NCBI GenBank assembly: GCA_964580495.1
Contig: CAZOKE010000004.1
Coordinates: forward strand, 1-49,664
Length of the DNA stretch: 49,664 bases
From: an uncultured Candidatus Saccharibacteria bacterium
GTDB lineage: Bacteria > Patescibacteriota > Doudnabacteria > UBA920 > O2-02-FULL-48-8
Reading direction: 5' to 3'
In this document: positions 19,620 to 26,689 of the stretch, one piece after another
Numbering within the stretch: position 1 is the stretch's first letter
How the letters are laid out: the number at the start of each line of letters is the position of its first letter
Made by a program: the position numbers and the translations under genes
The notes under the pieces: model-generated
The model's database searches: none
What the model saw: only the letters and a program-made list of their open reading frames with translations
What the model was told of the DNA's origin: nothing

Positions 19620-19651
19620 CAAAACCGAGGCTGATAATGCCTCGGTTTTTT
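19620..19651. terminator. intrinsic terminator
   Basis: AAAACCGAGGC...GCCTCGGTTTTT. Confidence 0.7.
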
Positions 19652-19844
19652 ATTGCATTTGCTTGAGTTTCATGCCGTAATATTTTTATTTATCCAGAGT
19701 TTTACCTCAATACCCCCACCATATCCACATAAAATTGGGGTATTGAGCAAATTTTAGCCAAAATTTGGGGCTTTTCACTAATGCTATCCGGAAAAGCCAT
19801 TGAAAACACTATATTTTCGGGAAACCAGATTTTTCGAATAAACA

Positions 19845-19873
19845 TTGCTTCCGGTTTATTTCGGATTTATAAT
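19845..19873 (+). promoter_or_regulatory. sigma70-type promoter
   Basis: TTGCTT-17-TATAAT. Confidence 0.6.
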
Positions 19874-19887
19874 AGGTTCGACTCCAG

Positions 19888-19933
19888 TACAGGGGAATTG
19901 GGCCACCAAATACAGGGGAATTGGGCCACCAAA
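19888..19933 (+). repeat. perfect 23-bp tandem duplication in a 5' UTR
   Basis: TACAGGGGAATTGGGCCACCAAA twice. Confidence 0.9.
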
Positions 19934-19993
19934 GTCGACAGAAATCAAAAGTTTAAAAAAAGAAATAATAATTTATTAAGAAAGGATTTTATA

Positions 19994-21646
19994 ATGAAAA
20001 AATCTATAGCAATGGGCACAGCTTTGGCTGTTACCATCTTTGCTACTGTTTCATTTATAGTTCCGTTTAATGGAGCAGCAGCATCAACGACTATCACAGT
20101 AGGTAATCCAGCCGTGTCGCGCGCAGTAACTGATACATACCAAAACTTTACGGTTATTGATACCAATAATCCCGTTTCAGCTAATGGCTGGCTGTCTACA
20201 TTCACGTATTATGCCGCCTATACAAAACCATTTGAATTTGTGCTTGTTGATCCTAGCAACGTGGTTCAGTGGGTAAGCCCGACAATTACTCCTGCGACTA
20301 CCGGAGTCCAAACTTATAGCCAAGTAGTCCCGGTGCAAGCAGGATGGAATCTAGGTGTTCACTTTGACTTAACCGGAACGATCCCGTTTGATTACACTGG
20401 AACAGCACCTGCGCCGTACACTCCTAATAACTTTGGAATCCCAACAGTAGGCGTAGCTCTGACTATCGAAGGAACAAGTAATCGTATTTACTCTTGGGGA
20501 GCCACAGGTACATCTGCCACAACCTGTTCTTCCCAGACTCTTGTCAGCGGCACAAATATAAAGAGCGCAGGATGGACGGAAACGACCCAAGCCCCTTCAA
20601 CATCTTTGTTAGCTACTTCATACACCCTTGGAAACCTCAGCAATTCAGCGGTTGCAACACAAACAGTAATTCCACCGTGGGTTGATCCAAGTACTAACTC
20701 AAACTTTACTGGGTCGGGTGCAGTGTGGGTTTCTACTGATGCCACATGGCCTGGAGGAACAGGTAATACAGAAGGTAATCCGAATAATGACCAATGGCGA
20801 TTATTTCAAGACACTTTCACCTTGCCAGTGGGCGCCACAGTTACATCTGCAAACATTGCATTCACAGCTGATAATGCGACAGATGTTTACCTGAATGGTA
20901 ATCCGACACCAATTGCAACCACGGGAAATGTATATGGTCCAGTACCCGTTTCTCTTCCATATAACTTTAGCAATGTATTTACCGCATCGTTTACTCCTGG
21001 CCCATTAACAAACACCTTGAGCTTTGTGGTTCGTAATTGGGGAGGTAATTTCAATCCCAATCCGACCGGGTTATTATACAAAGCAGTTGTAAATTATTGC
21101 ACACCCAATGCAGCCCCAGAATGTCCTGCAGCTCCTGCGGTCGCGGCGGCTTATCTGCAATCACTTGGAATTAAACCTGGTAGCACTCAAGGAAAGAACA
21201 TTATCTCGCAGGTTGCCCAGCATATGGGACTACAGAGTAACTTCGATAATGTACCAGCTTGCCAACTCTCAAATTATTCGAATGCAGTTAAGGCTTATAT
21301 AAACAATTTCTTGATTGAAACATTCACTGCACCTAACTCATTGTATTACAACGGGATGACATCTTCAGCAGGCCTCTATGGCACGGGCACATTCAGCTTT
21401 AGTTGGAATAAAGGGACAGGAGTTGTGACTGGCGGTTATTATAATGAAATCGTTGGGGGAATAACCTATCAAAATGTGGTTAGTTCCGGTACGGTATCTG
21501 GCGGGGTAGTTACTCTGCATTTCACTCGTGCTGTCCCGAATAGTTATTCATTTAATCTTACAGGTGGATCATTTTCGGGAAATACTTTTAGTGGTTTGAT
21601 GGATGGTCCATACCTTTTCACGGCAACAGGAACAATCACTCCTTAA
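19994..21646 (+). CDS. secreted multidomain Thr/Asn/Gly-rich protein with a lectin-like beta-sandwich region
   Basis: Signal peptide MKKSIAMGTALAV; FTADNATDVYLNG...NPTGLLY; start reassigned to ATG 19994. Confidence 0.7.
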   Translation: MKKSIAMGTALAVTIFATVSFIVPFNGAAASTTITVGNPAVSRAVTDTYQNFTVIDTNNPVSANGWLSTFTYYAAYTKPFEFVLVDPSNVVQWVSPTITPATTGVQTYSQVVPVQAGWNLGVHFDLTGTIPFDYTGTAPAPYTPNNFGIPTVGVALTIEGTSNRIYSWGATGTSATTCSSQTLVSGTNIKSAGWTETTQAPSTSLLATSYTLGNLSNSAVATQTVIPPWVDPSTNSNFTGSGAVWVSTDATWPGGTGNTEGNPNNDQWRLFQDTFTLPVGATVTSANIAFTADNATDVYLNGNPTPIATTGNVYGPVPVSLPYNFSNVFTASFTPGPLTNTLSFVVRNWGGNFNPNPTGLLYKAVVNYCTPNAAPECPAAPAVAAAYLQSLGIKPGSTQGKNIISQVAQHMGLQSNFDNVPACQLSNYSNAVKAYINNFLIETFTAPNSLYYNGMTSSAGLYGTGTFSFSWNKGTGVVTGGYYNEIVGGITYQNVVSSGTVSGGVVTLHFTRAVPNSYSFNLTGGSFSGNTFSGLMDGPYLFTATGTITP

Positions 21647-21798
21647 TTTTTGTAAGAAAAATCCGCCCAAGAGAGATCCTGAAACGAGTATAGGATGGAA
21701 CCGATTAGGGCGGGTTTTTTGTGCTTTGGATAGCTTGGCACGTTCGTATTTTTATTTAAAATTATAAACTGGTCGATTAATTAAACGAAAGGAAATTT

Positions 21799-22074
21799 AT
21801 GCGTAGATCTATTGCAATTGGGACTGCTTTGGCAGTCATTATTTTTGCGACTTTTGCATTCATATTTACGTTCTCGGGCGCTTTGGCAGCTTCTGATTCT
21901 TATTGCGGCTCGTCGGCAAATGGGTGTGCTGCCGCGGCTAATGCCGGCGCTCAATGTGGGACTGGTGCGGCTTCCGGAAGTTTTGGTGCATTTGGGAAGG
22001 ACAATAATTTTGCTGGCGGGGCAAATGGTTATCAAACTGGGCTAAACAACAGTGCCGTGTGCGGAAACCGATAA
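21799..22074 (+). CDS. small secreted Gly/Ala/Asn-rich, 4-Cys protein
   Basis: Signal peptide nearly identical to that of 19994; AAAGGA SD; terminator at 22105-22134. Confidence 0.75.
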   Translation: MRRSIAIGTALAVIIFATFAFIFTFSGALAASDSYCGSSANGCAAAANAGAQCGTGAASGSFGAFGKDNNFAGGANGYQTGLNNSAVCGNR

Positions 22075-22138
22075 GGAACTCTAATTCCTTAAACAATATC
22101 CGAAAAAACCCATCCGACCCAGGGTGGGTTTTTTAATT

Positions 22139-22165
22139 TAGTACTAAGTACTAAATACTATGTAC
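22139..22165. repeat. heptamer tandem repeat
   Basis: tagtact aagtact aaatact atgtac, between convergent genes. Confidence 0.6.
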
Positions 22166-22227
22166 GAAAGATTGAAAATAAAAAGGTGAGTCCTCTTGGT
22201 AGAGAACCCACCCGCGCGAAGCGAGGC

Positions 22228-23205
22228 CTACTGGTTCGCGTGAACCTTCGGCTTGTTTGTGAACGACGGATCTGCGTCTACAGCAACACCAGGGTACTGG
22301 TAGCCGGCTCCGGAGATCGTGTTGTTGATGATCTTATCGTTCGTACCTTGGTCAGCCACGCCGGCCTGGTAACCGGCGGTGACGTTTCCCGAAATGTTGG
22401 TGAAAGAGTCGTTCGAGATGGTGTTGTTTACGACTTTCTCGTTCGTCTGGTCCGTGACTGCGTTGCAACTGGCGTCGAGGTTCGACAACCAGACGCCGAC
22501 ATCGTTGTTAGTGACGATGTTCTGCACAATCTGGATGCCGGTGGTAATTGCGCCACTATAACAGTCGCCACCAACGACAATGATGCCGCCCGAGGAGGCA
22601 TTATTGGTTCCGGTATAGGCGTTTCCGGAAACGGTGTTTTTCATCGCGGATCCGGATGATCCGTATCCGAATTGAATCCCGTTCATCGCGATGTAATTCA
22701 CACGACCTTGTCCAGTCACGGTGTTGTTGCTCACTACCGCGTTCGCACCTTGGCCGTTAACCACGATCCCGCCCTTCTGGTAATTCCAGACCTGGTTTCC
22801 CGAGATCTTGCCAGTCGCACTGCCGCCGAGCGTGAATGCCCGGTAATAGATGGCAACACCGTGTTGGGTGCCGTTGGGCGGTACCTCACCGATGTCGTGG
22901 ATGTTGCTGTTGAGCACATCGACTGCCACCGGACCTGCGTCGCCGTTGACCAGCACTCCGAAGTAGTTTGAATTCTTGACCTCGGCTTTCACCGTGCCGC
23001 CGAGGCCGTTGGCGTCGTAGTAGACGCCGATGTTGCACCCGGCCGCGTCCACGGTTCCTGTCACTGTGCCCGATGGATTGATCATGGCCGCGGTCATATT
23101 GATGCCGTCCCGGACGAATCCGGTCGGTGTGCAGGCAGCTGCCTTTGAAACATTGGCGAGCAACATCATGGTGATGACGAAGAGGGCGCAAACCATTCGC
23201 TTCAT
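22228..23205 (-). CDS. secreted right-handed parallel beta-helix protein
   Basis: Signal peptide; repeated N-T-V/I-S-G-N motifs (ISGNQVWNYQKGGI, VSNNTVTG); GGAGG SD; GC-rich codons. Confidence 0.8.
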   Translation of the reverse strand: MKRMVCALFVITMMLLANVSKAAACTPTGFVRDGINMTAAMINPSGTVTGTVDAAGCNIGVYYDANGLGGTVKAEVKNSNYFGVLVNGDAGPVAVDVLNSNIHDIGEVPPNGTQHGVAIYYRAFTLGGSATGKISGNQVWNYQKGGIVVNGQGANAVVSNNTVTGQGRVNYIAMNGIQFGYGSSGSAMKNTVSGNAYTGTNNASSGGIIVVGGDCYSGAITTGIQIVQNIVTNNDVGVWLSNLDASCNAVTDQTNEKVVNNTISNDSFTNISGNVTAGYQAGVADQGTNDKIINNTISGAGYQYPGVAVDADPSFTNKPKVHANQ

Positions 23206-23262
23206 TCGATTCCTCCAGTTGAGTTAGCGAAGACAATGCAAATTGTCTTATTGAACCAAAGA

Positions 23263-23291
23263 ATTGTATGTTTTTTACCACTTTTTGTCAA
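23263..23291 (-). promoter_or_regulatory. sigma70 promoter
   Basis: Minus strand TTGACA-17-TACAAT. Confidence 0.7.
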
Positions 23292-23352
23292 AGATAAAAA
23301 GAAAACGGGTGAGTCCTTCCGAAGAAGAACCCACCCGCGTCACGCGAGGAAG

Positions 23353-23985
23353 TTATTGGCTGATGATGTTGCCGGAATTGCCGGTGGTCGCGTTGACCCA
23401 CGTGCCGAACTTGCCCCCGTGGTAGATCCATCCCCACCAGGTGTAACCGAAGGTCGTTGGTCCACCGCTGAAGTATATCTGCGTCCAGTCCGCAGCGGCG
23501 GCTCCTGAGCAATTACCACTGAGGTTGCATTGCAGATCGAATGTTCCAACCATCCCGTTCGTCGGCCAGCTAGGCGATGGATTCAACGTACCGGTGACTA
23601 TCGCGGTATAGCCGCCTTCGACCGAGCCCTTCTCGGTACCGATGAGCTTCAGCGTTCCTGTCGGATCACCTGGGCTTGTCTGGCCTGCAACGGCCTGAAA
23701 CTTGCCGAGGTACATCACGCGAACGCAGTATTGGCCCGCCGTGTCCGTTGTCCAGATCTGCACGGACTTGTTGAACGTGTCGAGTGCCCAGTAGTTGCCG
23801 GCCTCGCCCGAGTCGGCGTCGTTGCTGATCTTCATGACGACGTTGACCACGAGATCGCCGTCCATTGAGCAGACACCGTTGATCATCGAGCCCCAGTTGA
23901 GCGTCGGCTTGGGGGCGGCGTACGACGTCGTGGCGATGAAGCAGGCGAGGAACATGGCTGCCAGGGGAGCAAAGAATTTCCTCAT
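23353..23985 (-). CDS. secreted hypothetical protein
   Basis: GGAGG SD before ATG 23985; signal peptide MRKFFAPLAAMFLACF; GC-rich. Confidence 0.75.
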   Translation of the reverse strand: MRKFFAPLAAMFLACFIATTSYAAPKPTLNWGSMINGVCSMDGDLVVNVVMKISNDADSGEAGNYWALDTFNKSVQIWTTDTAGQYCVRVMYLGKFQAVAGQTSPGDPTGTLKLIGTEKGSVEGGYTAIVTGTLNPSPSWPTNGMVGTFDLQCNLSGNCSGAAAADWTQIYFSGGPTTFGYTWWGWIYHGGKFGTWVNATTGNSGNIISQ

Positions 23986-24052
23986 TTCGAATTCCTCCGA
24001 TCGGGTTGAGAAGTAGGACTTGCGCGGTATGAGCAAATCCTTGAACCGTCAA

Positions 24053-24134
24053 ATTATATGCTTTTCCTAGGCATTTGTAAAGATTTAGGGCATTGCCCAA
24101 TACCCTTGACAATTGTTGTATTTTATGCTAATAT
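24053..24134. promoter_or_regulatory. divergent sigma70 promoters
   Basis: Minus strand TTTACA-17-TATAAT (24053-24081); plus strand TTGACA-17-TAATAT with extended TG (24106-24134). Confidence 0.65.
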
Positions 24135-24194
24135 TACCAGTCGACAATAAGGTCGGCAGACTGTGTTACTTCGTTTTCCAAGGAGGATAACGAC

Positions 24195-24758
24195 ATGCGC
24201 ACCACCCGTACCATCATCGCGTCGGTGGCCATCGTGGCCTTCGCAATCGTGACGGCGGCCTGCGGCGACATGCACAATCCGACCGCGCCGACTGCTTCGT
24301 CCGCGACGACGACGGCAGCGGTGTCCGATCCGACCAGCAACGGCCACCACCATCACGGGATCTGCACCTACACCAGCGCGTGGTGGGCCGAGCAGATCGC
24401 GAACAGCGGCAACACCTTCGTCACCACCCAGGAGCTGGATGTCCTCGTGCTCTTCAATTTGAAGACCGCGGACAACCAGCCGTTCGCACCAGTAGCGGAT
24501 TACGTCCTGGGGCCTTTCCTGGCCGGAGTCGACGCGGATCCGCTGAGCGTGCAGCTGGCGACCACGGAATTAAACGCCATGCGTGGGTACATCTCGACTT
24601 CGGCGACAGTCACCGTGGAGGGAAGGAAGGCGGGCGAGACGATCTCGCTCAACGATTGGCTCGCGGAAGCGAAGCTGTGGACCGGGCTGACCGATCAGCA
24701 CACGTACTACGCGTACCTCAACGCGATCAACGCGTACTACGGCCACCTCTGCAGCTGA
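24195..24758 (+). CDS. putative lipoprotein
   Basis: AAGGAGG SD; lipobox TAAC; PTAPT linker; HHHH; GC-rich. Confidence 0.75.
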   Translation: MRTTRTIIASVAIVAFAIVTAACGDMHNPTAPTASSATTTAAVSDPTSNGHHHHGICTYTSAWWAEQIANSGNTFVTTQELDVLVLFNLKTADNQPFAPVADYVLGPFLAGVDADPLSVQLATTELNAMRGYISTSATVTVEGRKAGETISLNDWLAEAKLWTGLTDQHTYYAYLNAINAYYGHLCS

Positions 24759-24815
24759 GGAGACAACAACCCTGTTCCTTTCAAGGTTTAAACCTTGGGG
24801 GACAGGGTTTTCTTT

Positions 24816-24880
24816 ATGAGTTCTAAGTTCTGAGTACTAAGTTCGAGTACTCAGTACTCAGAACTTAGTACTTAGTACTC
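24816..24880. repeat. heptamer array in inverted arrangement
   Basis: (agttct/agtact)r units followed by their reverse complements. Confidence 0.8.
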
Positions 24881-24891
24881 TTCTGTGGATT

Positions 24892-24931
24892 ATTCGTAAC
24901 ACATGTCTTGTGCATATCGATGCAATACCTG
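24892..24931 (+). promoter_or_regulatory. conserved upstream motif, copy 1 (ECF-sigma-like or TF site)
   Basis: ATTCGTAACAcATGTCT..TCGAT....TACCTG, shared with 29699-29737. Confidence 0.5.
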
Positions 24932-24981
24932 TCGACGAAAACAAACCACAATTTGTTACCAAACCTTAATTCAGGAGAATT

Positions 24982-25623
24982 ATGAAGGATTCAAAAGTTA
25001 ACACGTTTGTAAAAGCTTCTTTGGGCGGGCTTATGGTAATTTCGATGATGCTGCCGGGGGCGAGTTTTGCGGCGACGGGCACTACGGGCAACGGCGCTCC
25101 ATCCGGTGCGCACTATAATTTGAATATTATCGGGGTTCCGCAAGGCAAAACCGCAGACATGACCGGCAACAATGGTTCCCGCATCTTTGTGCCGCTGTAT
25201 GGCTCGACAAAGATTTTGCTGTCGCAATCCACTGACGGCACATTCCAGGTGCTGGATGCCAATGGTACCGATGGCAGCGCGTCTTTCCAACTGCCAGCTC
25301 CAGGCACTTACAGTGTCTGGGCCAGGGCTTTGGGCAAGCCAGGAGGTTCTTCCACTATGCAGACTTGCGCTGTTGATCCAGTGACCGGCGAAACAATCTG
25401 TTCTACGGACATGCTCGTGAGTGTCCGCGGAACCGGCAAATCGTCGTTTACAAATGTCACCAAACAGCTGACCACGATTACAATTGATCCGACCCTGGCA
25501 GCCTCGCTAGGCTTGACCTGCTCTGGGACGGTAAATATTTTTGATCCGTGCTTGCAGAATTACTTCTGGAGCTATGACAACAACGGATTGAAGCTGCTGC
25601 AGTTGAGATTCTACCAGAATTAG
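24982..25623 (+). CDS. secreted hypothetical protein
   Basis: AGGAG SD; signal peptide; TGNGAPSGAHYNLNIIGV ... NNGLKLLQLRFY. Confidence 0.8.
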   Translation: MKDSKVNTFVKASLGGLMVISMMLPGASFAATGTTGNGAPSGAHYNLNIIGVPQGKTADMTGNNGSRIFVPLYGSTKILLSQSTDGTFQVLDANGTDGSASFQLPAPGTYSVWARALGKPGGSSTMQTCAVDPVTGETICSTDMLVSVRGTGKSSFTNVTKQLTTITIDPTLAASLGLTCSGTVNIFDPCLQNYFWSYDNNGLKLLQLRFYQN

Positions 25624-25736
25624 AATCTAGAAAGTAGAAAGTAGAATTATGAAGGAGAAAAATATGAAGGATAAACGATTGGATCGCCGCGAAGTCGAGG
25701 AGACTGATGATGGCGAGACCACAAATGAATAAAATT

Positions 25737-25761
25737 AAATCCCCGCGAAAGCGGGGATTTT
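25737..25761. terminator. intrinsic terminator with GAAA tetraloop
   Basis: AAATCCCCGC-GAAA-GCGGGGATTT. Confidence 0.75.
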
Positions 25762-25843
25762 ATGTACTAAGTTCTAAGTTCTGAGTTCTAAGTTCTGAGA
25801 ACGTGAGATCAAGTCTTAGTACTCAGTACTTAGTACTTAGAAC
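25762..25843. repeat. heptamer array in inverted arrangement
   Basis: gttctaa/gttctga units, a spacer, then ttagtac/tcagtac units. Confidence 0.8.
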
Positions 25844-25845
25844 TT

Positions 25846-26490
25846 TTAGTAACTGCAGATTGGGGCGCCGTTGAACCATGACGGGGAACCGCCGGTGGTT
25901 TGGACTTGGCAATCCTGCTCGCCCTCGTTTGAGAACGGGATGAGGATCCCGTATTCAGTCGGATTGCCGGAAGCACCGTTCTTCCAGACATATTCGAAAT
26001 TTTTTCCGCCAGAAGCATAAGACGGGTCGTTTGGAACGGATCCGATGAAAGCCGGAACCAGGAAATTTGTGAGACACTGGATGTCTGATTCTGTATTTTG
26101 TGTCCCGACGCTGGTACATGCAGAATTTTGGACATTATTTCCGTTCCCGTTCCCGTTGTTGTTGCAATTGCCTTTGCCGTTTCCGTTTCCGTTGCCATTG
26201 TTGCAATTGGCATTTGCCGTAGCACTGCCATTGGGATAATTTTCTTGGTTGCTGTTGGCATATAATTCCAATGCTGTCCTAAGCTGGGCGACATTGGCTT
26301 TGCGCACCGAGTCGCGCGCTTTGACCCTGGCCGAATTCATTGCGATCAAAATAATCGATGCCAAAAGCCCGATCACGGCAATGACCACGAGGAGCTCGAT
26401 AAGTGTAAATCCAGCACCACTTTTTTTACCACCATTAAAAAGTTTAGAGTGGTGCCGGATAAATCCATTTTTTGTTTCTGATTTTGACAT
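25846..26490 (-). CDS. orphan type IV pilin / GspG-like protein with Asn-Gly repeat insert
   Basis: AGFTLIELLVVIAVIGLL; KARDSVRKA..ALELY; NGNGNGNGKGNCNNNGNGNG. Confidence 0.85.
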   Translation of the reverse strand: MSKSETKNGFIRHHSKLFNGGKKSGAGFTLIELLVVIAVIGLLASIILIAMNSARVKARDSVRKANVAQLRTALELYANSNQENYPNGSATANANCNNGNGNGNGKGNCNNNGNGNGNNVQNSACTSVGTQNTESDIQCLTNFLVPAFIGSVPNDPSYASGGKNFEYVWKNGASGNPTEYGILIPFSNEGEQDCQVQTTGGSPSWFNGAPICSY

Positions 26491-26689
26491 TTTTTTGCTT
26501 TTTCATTATAGCATCTTATTTATATTTTGGCCTATTGCTTGCGTTAAGCAATTGTATTATGCTTATTTCAACAGGACGAAAACCAAAATTTAGAAACAAA
26601 AATAAGCCAAAACCCGGGGTGAAGAGAGGTCTTGACTTTTTTCTTTGCTTACGTTATATTCATTAGTCAAATTAATTAATCACATTTTT

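Noticed and set aside
19888-19933. Possible CRISPR repeat
   Set aside because: Two copies directly adjacent with no spacer and no cas genes
25664-25732. 22-aa ORF MKDKRLDRREVEETDDGETTNE with AAGGAG
   Set aside because: Too short and adjacent to a short-repeat tract; no support beyond the SD
24816-25843. Heptamer arrays as CRISPR repeats or IS ends
   Set aside because: Degenerate 7-mers without unique spacers; no transposase
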